Shown here: one piece after another, positions 36,001-43,322 of the stretch
Layout of the letters: the number at the start of each line of letters is the position of its first letter
Numbering within the stretch: the first letter of the stretch is position 1
Assembly (NCBI GenBank): GCA_964440825.1
Contig: CAYYKU010000001.1
Span: 1 to 54,676 of the forward strand
Length of the DNA: 54,676 nt
Direction of reading: 5' to 3'
From: Candidatus Woesearchaeota archaeon
Lineage (GTDB): Archaea > Nanobdellota > Nanobdellia > Pacearchaeales > GW2011-AR1
Position numbers and translations under genes: made by a program
Notes under the pieces: generated by a model
The model's input: only the letters and a program-made list of their open reading frames with translations
What the model was told of the DNA's origin: nothing
Databases searched by the model: none

Positions 36001-36925
36001 GAAGAGAACTACTGCAGATGAATACTTGAATAATTCATTAGAATTCCTTTCTAAAATGAATGAATCAGGATTGATATTAGATGAAGTACAATCAATATTA
36101 AATTCAATGAATTCAAATTATGAGAGTTTGAATTTCAATTTATTAAAAGAAGAAGCTGCTAAGATTGCAGAGATATATACTGCTGCTACAGAGTATTCAA
36201 AATTGAGGGATGAATTAAATCAGTCAATGATTGAATCGGAGAAAAATGGAATTGAAGTTTCAGAAACAAAGAAGTTATTCCTACTAGCTGAAATATTATT
36301 TAATAGGGGAGATTATGTTGCAGCTTATGCTAAAATGAAAGAAGCTAAGACTAGTTATTTACTTGAAACTAAAGGAGAATTTAAAATATTATATGCAATT
36401 AAGAATAATCCTATTGAGACATTAGGAATCTTGATTTCTTTAAGTGCAATAGGATTAGGTTCTGGTTACTTCATAAGATTAAGATTACTAAAGAGAAAAT
36501 TAAGAATGTTAACTGAAGAAGAAGGATTATTGTTGCAATTAATGAGAGTAGTTCAAAGAGACTGCTTTGAGAACAATAAGATGTCTATGGAAGAGTATGG
36601 TGAAGCCATGTATCAATACGAAGCTAGATTAGGCATAGTGATACAAGATAAAGTTACAACAGAAACTCAGATTGCGAACTTAATGAAGCTAGGTGGTAAG
36701 AAGAAAGCCCTAGGACAGGAAAGAGATAGATTAACTATTTTAATTAGACAAACCCAAGATGATTATATGAATAGGGGAAGATTAGATACTAGAATTTATG
36801 AAAATATGTTGAAAACATACGCTACTAGATTGAGTAAGATTGAAGAACAATTAGTATTTATAGAAGTCCAGGAGCAAATTAATCAGGTTAGTGGTTTCTG
36901 GCAGAGATGGTTTGGTAAAAATTAA
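30023..36925 (+). CDS. giant (2300 aa) multidomain surface protein with a C-terminal TM segment and a cytoplasmic coiled-coil tail
   Basis: N-terminal signal/TM (LIYLVVFLLLGALSLSANVDA). GLUG-like repeats (LGLFG.., AGVLAGRITNS). Gly-rich domain (IYVWGGGGAGGSPGG...VVGGGG..., nt ~31530-32285). Ig/CARDB-like modules rich in N-x-S/T sequons. Discoidin/F5-8-type-C-like repeats (DLIDGNWDTYYGISG / MTDGDPYTYFGISG, nt ~33340-34170). A G11 tract. TM segment (LGILISLSAIGLGSGYFI, nt ~36412-36480). A ~148-aa charged helical tail. Confidence 0.85.
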   Translation: MIKNKKIKEVMKAKLIYLVVFLLLGALSLSANVDASLDGDGSSSNPYQITNCTHLQEMKNNLTADYILMSNIDCSITSTWNSNAGFEPVGNTTMPFRGSLDGNGYNITNMVIYRPSATYLGLFGDLDNNRKIIKNLGIHNANITASNTAGVLAGRITNSTIVRVSVSGVLRSLNILGGLTASIANTTVYNSSATCNLTTTGTGQYNVNGGFVGWLGRNVLIESCFADSIIVSSDASNGGFYAWTNGLEVAGHNTTVNNSYSKGAISGSGSYTAGFGGPSNGNSYIRDSYTIETMSVGYCVFGAVYGTVPATNLFYDSTACTRGTGGGGTAKTTTQMKTESTFTAVGWDFTNKWIINASKNSGYPYLLWQDTPVPNSIRPLFDIVSPTNNSIQTDAFNLTFNATNASALWYYNGTENISYMGAVSLNLSPANYNYILYMNYSNGTIVSENLFFTVASNVEISFANPFGTGGNITYEGEYTIHTFSYTGSEQNFIIGSNINATIYVWGGGGAGGSPGGWVYGAAGGAGGAANGSITLTKGVTYDIVVGGGGVLNSFASAFGGGGKASNNNADNRYAGGGGGYSGLFLSSISQTNALLIAGGGGGGAASRAGTGNAGGAGGGTSGQVGYSPYDGKAAYGGNPGNQTSAGADASCSNANTAGGQGVLQGGTVRFNSYGGGGGGGYWGGSAGGYSESNTMGGGGGGSGYYNSTYVSSANLATGVGTTPGDSANAFRGTAGTAGIVSGNGAAGVVIIKYLTPTLITEENNSVYARDYIFANFDISGSNFVNVTYNLYNSTSLLDSTSYYSTENNSINWTNLPNEVYYYNATAYDLFNTTITSETRMITLDTTVPNGTLISPANNTSVGATSINFTANISDNLGIQNATLSIVNATDNETISTHVYGDDSLPAGVVEATIGIVVSLTDGVYNWFYSIFDWAGNQFNTETNQVTVDLPPVVTLTSPAAGISLTQFDSLTCSVADMFGVENITLYLWNETGLIYNDTQEAGGATLYENTWNYDLTDGEYNYNCLAVDSTLGSAAWAASNVTTQVDASNYTITNGNFVDWGNFYYSPSFTRNFTFNVTSTSVIDQDLTFELFSPGKDFSSSAYIYHAEGNCGGDRWGASCDTYDLIDGNWDTYYGISGYYNSYIQYDLASQGLINEIKIAWYPGNNWYSPGPYYFQYYDSNTGEWLTPDGWKSWIGDAPYLESGTFGGSSWGASTDVTTMTDGDPYTYFGISGNKGDGVVTYSFDNPRTISSVNVMWYRSSPGDYYFEYKDVDGNWQQPTEWQSNDGNQDTETDYAYSLDTPVEALGLRLYKPALGGGSGTGISEFTFDSIISPSYLINQDFYTEYTFTLSTPVTTSNIRLAKPSTGSNSGIGISEMTVSGMDKITTSNNGYMYLVGSESPTYTIAANALTQISFPLRINAGSFSYNLYATATRTRFGETYDYSSPSYWINFIQDLTPPALVGNISYSPNQLDNIDPETFIQMNATMTDAGIGLANATFQSFYNGTWHNLTTELIGAYTKGGKFGANFTTASVDKNYTIRLWSIDSVGNAGYTANTTIKSEWDCTWNIAPSSFEETIGFYEDKPLGNITLINTGDVNYSNNNCSIEFTLGWSGFSTEYLIATSDPERWLTGNTYFQFPLINRKIRVSAKTNQTVLVNVSFPSTESPFTETPLVLVSSSINDSITRSKVKNVSTEIIISPPNPLLYQAITESPTSYVSLTPGNISLNAFVRNLGYDPDNAENTTAYNVTFNWTLPSALYERLIIEENVTNETLFFDVLNTSERQFNNLTIALTDANLGSMSKGILNLTIFSYGYSNASDNSSLIVNSGNKTLLNETVSIEFKCYEVADNICVSACGIGVDPDCVASPPGSNGGGGGGGGGGGSGSFDKSSATFELVRGDNQEFSLALENKLSNPKKDITITIKGNNSQYVIPSPNLITYLGANSNKTIKFLINAPSYFSSGKYLLEITFSGTIEGNTSTKFTEVRYVTLMILEMKRTTADEYLNNSLEFLSKMNESGLILDEVQSILNSMNSNYESLNFNLLKEEAAKIAEIYTAATEYSKLRDELNQSMIESEKNGIEVSETKKLFLLAEILFNRGDYVAAYAKMKEAKTSYLLETKGEFKILYAIKNNPIETLGILISLSAIGLGSGYFIRLRLLKRKLRMLTEEEGLLLQLMRVVQRDCFENNKMSMEEYGEAMYQYEARLGIVIQDKVTTETQIANLMKLGGKKKALGQERDRLTILIRQTQDDYMNRGRLDTRIYENMLKTYATRLSKIEEQLVFIEVQEQINQVSGFWQRWFGKN

Positions 36926-36962
36926 TTATCTCTCTCTATTGAACTCGTGCTCTAAAGAATCT

Positions 36963-37745
36963 CTATTTGTCTATTGCAGGAAGGTTCGTAAAAGTTATCG
37001 AGTCAGTTGTTCCAAAATTTTCAGAAGTAACTCCCAAGTAGTTTGTTCCGACAGGTAACCAATATGCGCTGTCATTTAAGTTTGTTGTAGATTCTAAAAT
37101 AATATTTTCTCCAGGAAGAACCTTAGTAACAGTTAGTGATAAGTTTGTTTTATCTAAGTCTAAGACTGGAGACTCTAGTTTCGGAGAAATAGAGTCTTTA
37201 CGAGTAAATAAAAGGTAGTTTGTTGCATAAACTCCTGGAACGGCATTAGATGTTATGGGCATTGGTAAGTCAAATGGAAATTCTCCTGCCAATGCACATT
37301 CTTTTCCTAAATCAAAAACCCTTATTGCATTTTTATCTACTACCTTGTATGTAACTACATGATTTGTAAAACTATTATATGCTACTGGAGAACCATTAAT
37401 ATCTTTAAATCTGATTCTTTGCATGGTTGGGATGCCATCTAAAACTGCAGTTTTATAGGCCATTAAATTTGTAACTAGCATATTAGGTGAAATAGAATTA
37501 ATAGCTCTAAAAGAATTTGTCATCCCCGGACCCTCAATATCATATATCATAAAATCTTGTTTGTTAGTATAGGTGATATCTCCTCCCGAGGCACTATAAG
37601 TTATACTTTCATTTCTTGATCCTGACGTAGACCAATTATTACCTATACTTATCATTTGTCCTTTACTTTCATTTGGTAGCATACTTGCAGCACCTAAAGC
37701 AACAGCACCTAATATTGAAAATAGACTTTTTTTCATAGATTTCAA
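36963..37745 (-). CDS. secreted protein, unknown function
   Basis: 260 aa. Signal peptide MKSMKKSLFSILGAVALGAASMLP, then beta-rich sequence. No TM anchor. Confidence 0.5.
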   Translation of the reverse strand: MKSMKKSLFSILGAVALGAASMLPNESKGQMISIGNNWSTSGSRNESITYSASGGDITYTNKQDFMIYDIEGPGMTNSFRAINSISPNMLVTNLMAYKTAVLDGIPTMQRIRFKDINGSPVAYNSFTNHVVTYKVVDKNAIRVFDLGKECALAGEFPFDLPMPITSNAVPGVYATNYLLFTRKDSISPKLESPVLDLDKTNLSLTVTKVLPGENIILESTTNLNDSAYWLPVGTNYLGVTSENFGTTDSITFTNLPAIDK

Positions 37746-37781
37746 AAAAAAAACAGCCTTTTTAAATATTTATATGATTAA

Positions 37782-38807
37782 TTAATAATATATTGATCTT
37801 TTTTTAAAAAGAATTAAAAGAAAAACAATTAGTAAAACAATAAATACTATTCCTAAAGCAAACCACCAGAATAATTTTTCAAATTCAAATGAATTATTTG
37901 ATTCTATAGCTTGTCCTGTTAACTCTACTGTTTGAGTATATTCTATAGCTGAAACAGAATTAGTAGTAGTGGAATCTTCTGTAATTGAAATGGAACCTGA
38001 CTCTATATGGCTAGAAGAACGATGGCTACTTCCAGAAGATGTACTAGTTTCACTTTCTGGAGGAGTTATTATTGGTAATTCTAAGATATTTATACTCCTT
38101 GGGCTAGAATCTTGATCAGAAGCAAATGCAACAAGGTTTGAATAATATCCTGGATTTCCGCTAGCTTTTACAGAGAAGTTCAATAATTGATAATTTCCAG
38201 CAGCCAAATTCAAAACTAAAGGATTGCCGCCTGAATTTAAATAAAAAGGAGTAGAAACAGTTGTACTTAATATCCCTCTTTCAATACTACGCGTATAAAC
38301 TAGATTTCCAGCACCGCCTACAGGCCATTCACTAAAAATAATGTTCCAGTTTTCACCGTTATTAGTTTCAAAACAAAGATCTACTCCCGTTATAGTAGCC
38401 ATGCCAGACGCACAACCTGGAGCTAAATTTCGCATATCTATGCCGATCCAAATAGGATTTGAAGAGCACTTTCCACAGCCCCAATTAGAATTACCGCTAA
38501 TGTTATAAGGTGGCCCTTTGGCAGGTCTAGCTAAACAAGTTCCACCGAAACAATCTTGGACAGAATTGTTTACAAAATCATAAGTAACGTTCTCTAGATT
38601 AGGTATCTTTAATCCTACAAGAACATTATTACAGTCAGAATCACTACAAGAAATATTTACTAAAATATTAAATGTCTGATCTTTAATAACCTCTAGGGTT
38701 CCTGTTGGTTGAATCACGTTCAAAGAAACAGAAGCTGAAACATTTAGGGAAAATAAAACTAAAACTAAAACCAAACTTAAAATTTTTGAAATTATTAATC
38801 TTTTCAT
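37782..38807 (-). CDS. Cys-rich surface protein with a Ser/Thr stalk and a C-terminal TM anchor
   Basis: 341 aa. Signal peptide, about 10 Cys in the ectodomain (CSDSDC, CFGGTC, WGCGKC), stalk ESETSTSSGSSHRSSSH, and C-terminal TM FWWFALGIVFIVLLIVFLLILF. Confidence 0.55.
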   Translation of the reverse strand: MKRLIISKILSLVLVLVLFSLNVSASVSLNVIQPTGTLEVIKDQTFNILVNISCSDSDCNNVLVGLKIPNLENVTYDFVNNSVQDCFGGTCLARPAKGPPYNISGNSNWGCGKCSSNPIWIGIDMRNLAPGCASGMATITGVDLCFETNNGENWNIIFSEWPVGGAGNLVYTRSIERGILSTTVSTPFYLNSGGNPLVLNLAAGNYQLLNFSVKASGNPGYYSNLVAFASDQDSSPRSINILELPIITPPESETSTSSGSSHRSSSHIESGSISITEDSTTTNSVSAIEYTQTVELTGQAIESNNSFEFEKLFWWFALGIVFIVLLIVFLLILFKKRSIYY

Positions 38808-38872
38808 AAAAAATTAAGAGGTATAAGGGTTTATAAAAATTAGTGTAATCTATACTGTATAATAAAACTGAA

Positions 38873-39142
38873 CTAATCTCTCAAACTTCCGCCGAGTTCT
38901 TCAATTCTTTTTCTATTAACGGCAAGCAAATAACCAGTACTTCCTACATGTCCAACGCACACAACAGGTCGTTTTTCCCTAAAAAAAAGTCTTCCCAAAA
39001 GTGTTTTTGGTAAAGCTAATTCTCCGAAATGAACACTAATCCTATTTGGGGTCTTTTGAGTAAGGGTGTAATTTTTTTCCTTTCCGTTTAGTATCTGATT
39101 ATAAAAATTCTGATATGCAGGATAAATTTTAGGTTCTTCCAT
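38873..39142 (-). CDS. hypothetical protein
   Basis: 89-aa ORF. No family recognised. Confidence 0.35.
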   Translation of the reverse strand: MEEPKIYPAYQNFYNQILNGKEKNYTLTQKTPNRISVHFGELALPKTLLGRLFFREKRPVVCVGHVGSTGYLLAVNRKRIEELGGSLRD

Positions 39143-39176
39143 TTTTGTTTAACACCTCTAGAATGAATATAAATAA

Positions 39177-39284
<108 letters not shown>

Positions 39285-39356
39285 AAAATTACTATAAATT
39301 ATGGCTTTTTAAACCTTTTGGGATAGCTATTTAAACTTCAATGTATTTCAATAAAC

Positions 39357-39506
39357 ATGGCTTATACATTAATCGGTGCAAGTGCTCTTCTAGTTATAGG
39401 TATTCTCTTAATTATCTTTGGAAGTTTAGGCAAGCTCTTTAAATGGTTAGGAATAATAATCACTCTCCTATCTGCAGGATATTTATTATCTAATTATTTC
39501 TTTTAG
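39357..39506 (+). CDS. small two-TM membrane peptide (49 aa)
   Basis: MAYTLIGASALLVIGILLIIFGSLGKLFKWLGIIITLLSAGYLLSNYFF. Below the track cutoff. Confidence 0.3.
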   Translation: MAYTLIGASALLVIGILLIIFGSLGKLFKWLGIIITLLSAGYLLSNYFF

Positions 39507-39507
39507 A

Positions 39508-39582
39508 CGCCCTTGACAGGAGTTGAACCTGCAACCTAAAGCTTAGGATGCTTTTGCTCTATCCGGGTTGAGCTACAAGGGC
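39508..39582 (-). tRNA. tRNA-Arg (anticodon CCT)
   Basis: Minus strand GCCCTTGTAGCTCAACCCGGATAGAGCAAAAGCATCCTAAGCTTTAGGTTGCAGGTTCAACTCCTGTCAAGGGCG. Acceptor GCCCTTG/CAAGGGC, D-stem GCTC/GAGC, anticodon stem AAAGC/GCTTT, loop AUCCUAA. Confidence 0.85.
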
Positions 39583-40548
39583 AAATTTATTTAAGTTTCT
39601 TGGATTTGAAGAGCCTATCTCTTTCTTCCATTTATTTATTTGTTTGCTTCCCTTTAATATTATTTGTATTGCGTGTTTCTTTCTATTTTGAATCATAGCC
39701 TTAAAGCCCTGCTGAATTAGGATATTATGTACTTGATTCATCAATTTCGGTGCCTTCATTGTAAGATTCAAACAAGGATATGGTTTATTTGATGGTGTTT
39801 TATCAAAGTATACACATCCATCTGTATCAAGTATGCCTCTAATAACATATTTCATTTTTTCATAACCTTGATTATAAATAGTTTCATGTATTTCTAAATC
39901 GATTTTTGGTCCTATTGGGAAGCCTAGGTCTTCATGAATTTTTTTTAAAAGTTCTTTATGGCAAAAATTTAGTTCTATAGAGTTATTTTTTGGGCGATCT
40001 TTTAGATAGGCCGTCCTATCAAATAATATTTTAATATTCTTCTTTAAGTAAATAAAAAATTCCCTATCTTTTTTACCATTCCCACTAACGCCTATAAGAT
40101 TTATTGTTTTTCCACGGTAGTTTAATTTGCTCATCCACCCATCTCCTAACAAAACACCATAAAATTCTAAGAAAAGAGGACAAGTAATATCTATTTTCAT
40201 AGGTTGCTGTATTTTTTTATTTTTTTTAAGTGCACTTTTCCCTCCATTAGCTTGTCTTTTTTTTATTTCTATTTGACCATACTTTTCTAAAATTATTCGA
40301 TAAGTTTTTTTACCTCCTTTGGTCTGTCCCCATTTTTCTTCTTGTGTATCTAATATTTTTAGTTTGTCTTTTATTTCTCCTGGAATTAACTTATCTGAGA
40401 TATATCCTTTCCCATATTTCCAATGTTGAATAGTTTTTAATGGAATTTTTAATTTTTCAGATAGTTTTTTGAGTGAGTTACAAATATTTTTTTCAAGAAG
40501 ATAATCAAATAGCTGATCCCTAGAATCTTTAGAAAGTAAAAACCTCAT
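39559..40548 (-). CDS. LAGLIDADG homing endonuclease (double-motif) with an N-terminal HTH region
   Basis: 329 aa. Motif 1 FYGVLLGDGWM, motif 2 VIRGILDTDGCVYF. The N-terminal ~120 aa are basic with an HTH (LKKLSEKLKIPLKTIQHW). The last 8 codons overlap the 5' part of tRNA-Arg. Confidence 0.85.
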   Translation of the reverse strand: MRFLLSKDSRDQLFDYLLEKNICNSLKKLSEKLKIPLKTIQHWKYGKGYISDKLIPGEIKDKLKILDTQEEKWGQTKGGKKTYRIILEKYGQIEIKKRQANGGKSALKKNKKIQQPMKIDITCPLFLEFYGVLLGDGWMSKLNYRGKTINLIGVSGNGKKDREFFIYLKKNIKILFDRTAYLKDRPKNNSIELNFCHKELLKKIHEDLGFPIGPKIDLEIHETIYNQGYEKMKYVIRGILDTDGCVYFDKTPSNKPYPCLNLTMKAPKLMNQVHNILIQQGFKAMIQNRKKHAIQIILKGSKQINKWKKEIGSSNPRNLNKFALVAQPG

Positions 40549-40581
40549 AAAGAATATAATTATTTATCATATTTAAACTTT

Positions 40582-40609
40582 ACCCTAATCCAGGCTGAGC
40601 TACTCGGGC
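40582..40609 (-). pseudogene. tRNA 5' fragment (acceptor strand plus D-arm-like), with its own TATA-like box
   Basis: The minus strand reads GCCCGAGTAGCTCAGCCTGGATTAGGGT, versus GCCCTTGTAGCTCAACCCGGATAGAGC in the tRNA-Arg 5' end. CTTTTATAG lies ~23 nt upstream. There is no downstream anticodon or T-arm before the endonuclease ATG. Confidence 0.5.
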
Positions 40610-40645
40610 TTAATACTTATTCAAGAAGAGACTATAAAAGTTTAT

Positions 40646-41191
40646 TTAAATCCAATCAATTAACTTATTAGTTATCTTTAGTCCCCAAAATCTGTAAGCT
40701 CCTTCATCATTTCCACAATGATATGTTTTATGAAAGATTCCTTGCAGGTCCTTTGTAACTGGTAAATATTTTTCCACAAGAATCCTGTTCTCTGAAGAAA
40801 TTTTCCATTGGGGAGGCTCAAACAACATAGGAGATTTACCAAAGCACTCTTCAAATTCTTTTATTGCGAGTTTTAATTCTTCTTCTGAAATCTCACCAAG
40901 AAATTCCTCGTATCTATGGTGAATTCCGTGTAATCCTAGTGTTTTATTATATTCTAAAATTTCTTTACACCAGTTAGGATAATTAGCAATTGAATCATTT
41001 TCCCAAAGAGGTATAATCATCAAAACATCGCTTTTTTGAATATATCTTTCTTCACAGTTTATTTGGGGATGTAAATCATCTAATTGTTTATAATTTAGAT
41101 TCCGGATAATTTCAAAAGCACTAATTAATATAAGCAAAAGAAGTATTATTCCCAAAATAATATTAATTAGGGTTTTTAATTTTTTATTCAT
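40646..41191 (-). CDS. membrane-anchored protein, possibly polysaccharide-deacetylase-like (DUF2334-like)
   Basis: 181 aa. N-terminal TM, LGLHGIHHRYEEF and FEPPQWK blocks. Weak by-eye resemblance only. Confidence 0.3.
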   Translation of the reverse strand: MNKKLKTLINIILGIILLLLILISAFEIIRNLNYKQLDDLHPQINCEERYIQKSDVLMIIPLWENDSIANYPNWCKEILEYNKTLGLHGIHHRYEEFLGEISEEELKLAIKEFEECFGKSPMLFEPPQWKISSENRILVEKYLPVTKDLQGIFHKTYHCGNDEGAYRFWGLKITNKLIDWI

Positions 41192-41285
41192 CTATTTAAG
41201 AGTGTCTTCAATTATTTAAACTCTATTAATAAAAATTATTCCACTCCGATAGTTTTTTAAGGGGTGATTTGCTCCAGATTTTTAA

Positions 41286-41369
41286 GTGGGGGTACCGAAG
41301 TGGTCAAACGGGTAGGACTTAAGATTCTATGGCCTTGTGCCTTCGGGGGTTCGAATCCTCCCTCCCACA
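41286..41369 (+). tRNA. tRNA-Leu (anticodon TAA), type II
   Basis: GTGGGGGTACCGAAGTGGTCAAACGGGTAGGACTTAAGATTCTATGGCCTTGTGCCTTCGGGGGTTCGAATCCTCCCTCCCACA. Anticodon stem TAGGA/TTCTA, loop CUUAAGA, long variable arm. Confidence 0.85.
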
Positions 41370-41493
41370 TTACAATCGAAGCTCCGAAGTCGGGGTCGAG
41401 CTTTTCGGCCAAGCAATCGGCTTGGAAGAATGCGAAAAAAGTCCTATGCCTGTTAACCGAAGCTTTTATAAGTTCTAATCACTCATATTTATT

Positions 41494-41691
41494 ATGAAAA
41501 AAACAACATTATCCTTAATTTTAAGAATACCAGCAGAAATTTTGTTATTTGCCTCTTTTGTTGCAAGTGTCTATGTAAAGTTCAGCGGAAACCTTCAAAT
41601 TTCATGGGGAGCAATTATTCTTTTGTTAGCCATTAATCTTTCCTATTTCATTGGCAGATTTCTATCTAAGAAGAACTCTTTTGATTTTTAG
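41494..41691 (+). CDS. small two-TM membrane protein
   Basis: 65 aa with two hydrophobic segments. Confidence 0.4.
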   Translation: MKKTTLSLILRIPAEILLFASFVASVYVKFSGNLQISWGAIILLLAINLSYFIGRFLSKKNSFDF

Positions 41692-41766
41692 GTAGGCTAA
41701 GATTTTTAAATATCTAAAATTATAGAATTCCATGAAGCAAAAAAATAACAAAAAATTTTATGGGAT

Positions 41767-42733
41767 GTGCTCGGTCATGACATATGTCACTAGCCAATAT
41801 ATAGATTAAATCACCTAAATTAACTTCTTTAGCGTATTTTTCCATATTCTATGGAAAAGGAAGAAGTAAGAAAAGAGTTCTTCAAACTTAAATTAAAAGG
41901 ACACTCCTATTCGCAATGCAGAAGAATTTTACTTGCACAATTTGGTTACGAAACCACTACTAGAACTTTAAAAAGATGGATGAGTAAACTAGACAATTTA
42001 GAAAATTGGGATATAAAAGATGAATCTAGAAAACCAAAACAAATTCATTATAAAATTAATCAAGAGATAGAAAACAAAGTTTTAGAAATACGGAATAAGA
42101 CTGGTTGGGGAGCGAATAAAATTGTCAGTTATTTTGACAATATTTCAGAAACCAGCATTAGAAGAATTCTAGAAAAGTATAAATTAACTAAGTCTGCTAA
42201 AAGAAATAAGAAGAGAATTAAATATGTTCGTTGGCAAAGAAAACATCCAAATTCTCTATGGCAAATAGATCATAGTGACCAAAAGATCAAAGGTAAGTGG
42301 GTTCTGTCAATTGTAGATGATTGCTCAAGATATTCAATAGCTATGGTAGAAATGAATTCTGTTACAACAGATACTGCAATAGCAGTAGTCGATGATTGTA
42401 TTAAAAAATATGGAAAACCAAAGCAAATACTCTCAGACAATGGTTCTGCTTATGGACTAAAAAGTAAACATTCTAGGTTTGATAGAAAATGCAGAAAAAG
42501 GGGAATTGAACACATTAGAACTGCAGTTCATTCACCTACAACCTCTGGAAAGGTTGAAAGATTATTCCAAACATTAAAGGCAGAATTAGAGTTTTGTAAT
42601 AAAAATTTGGAGTTATGGAGAATGAGATACAATCATTTTAGACCGCATACAAGCCTACATAGGAAAACACCTGCAGAGATTTTCAATACTTTGATAGATT
42701 GATTCGGTGGTGACATATGTCATGACTTAACAC
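41767..42733 (+). mobile_element. IS481-like insertion sequence (967 bp)
   Basis: 24-bp terminal inverted repeats: GTGCTCGGTCATGACATATGTCAC (41767-41790) and GTGACATATGTCATGACTTAACAC (42710-42733), 20 of 24 matching. Flanked by a 17-bp direct repeat AAAAAATTTTATGGGAT (41750-41766 and 42734-42750). Confidence 0.9.
41851..42702 (+). CDS. DDE (rve/integrase-core) transposase, IS481/IS3 superfamily
   Basis: 283 aa. N-terminal HTH, WQIDHSD (D), ILSDNGSAY (D), SGKVERLFQTLK (E). Confidence 0.9.
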   Translation: MEKEEVRKEFFKLKLKGHSYSQCRRILLAQFGYETTTRTLKRWMSKLDNLENWDIKDESRKPKQIHYKINQEIENKVLEIRNKTGWGANKIVSYFDNISETSIRRILEKYKLTKSAKRNKKRIKYVRWQRKHPNSLWQIDHSDQKIKGKWVLSIVDDCSRYSIAMVEMNSVTTDTAIAVVDDCIKKYGKPKQILSDNGSAYGLKSKHSRFDRKCRKRGIEHIRTAVHSPTTSGKVERLFQTLKAELEFCNKNLELWRMRYNHFRPHTSLHRKTPAEIFNTLID

Positions 42734-42811
42734 AAAAAATTTTATGGGATAACATTTATAAGTCTTGGAATAATCTTATTATTAGTTGGAGGATATTTTA
42801 TAACAAAAAAC

Positions 42812-43276
42812 ATGAGCAGTTCAAAAGTCGTTTTATTAGAAACAAATTATGGAAACATAAAAATAGAGCTAGCAAGTGATATGCCCATTACAACAGGAAA
42901 TTTTGAATCATTAGTAAGTAAAGGAACTTACAATGGAGTAATCTTTCATAGGATTATTGATGGATTTATGATTCAAGGTGGCGACCCTACTGGAACTGGC
43001 TATGGAGATTCTAGAATTCCAAAGATAAAAGATGAGTTTACAGACCATAACCGAAACGACAGAGGAACAATTTCTATGGCAAATGCAGGTCCAAATACTG
43101 GAAGCAGCCAATTTTTTATAAATCTAGTAAATAATAATTTCTTAGATACCAAACATCCTGTTTTTGGTAAAGTAATTGAAGGTATGGATGTTATTGATAA
43201 AATTGCAAAAGTTCCGGTAAATTCAAACGATAAGCCATTACAAGAAGTCAAAATAATCAAAGCTACAGTTCTATAA
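42812..43276 (+). CDS. ppiB: peptidyl-prolyl cis-trans isomerase, cyclophilin type
   Basis: 154 aa. FHRIIDGFMIQGGDPTGTG...GTISMANAGPNTGSSQFFI...HPVFGKV. Confidence 0.95.
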   Translation: MSSSKVVLLETNYGNIKIELASDMPITTGNFESLVSKGTYNGVIFHRIIDGFMIQGGDPTGTGYGDSRIPKIKDEFTDHNRNDRGTISMANAGPNTGSSQFFINLVNNNFLDTKHPVFGKVIEGMDVIDKIAKVPVNSNDKPLQEVKIIKATVL

Positions 43277-43322
43277 TCAGAAAACGTAATATTTAAAAGA
43301 GTTATATCTTAGTTAGTTTTAA

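Noticed and set aside
39508-40609. The endonuclease gene as a ~1-kb intron of a single tRNA gene (5' exon = fragment, 3' exon = tRNA-Arg body)
   Set aside because: The fragment's acceptor strand GCCCGAG does not pair with the downstream 3' acceptor strand CAAGGGC (two A-mismatches). The downstream gene is already a complete cloverleaf with its own 5' strand GCCCTTG.
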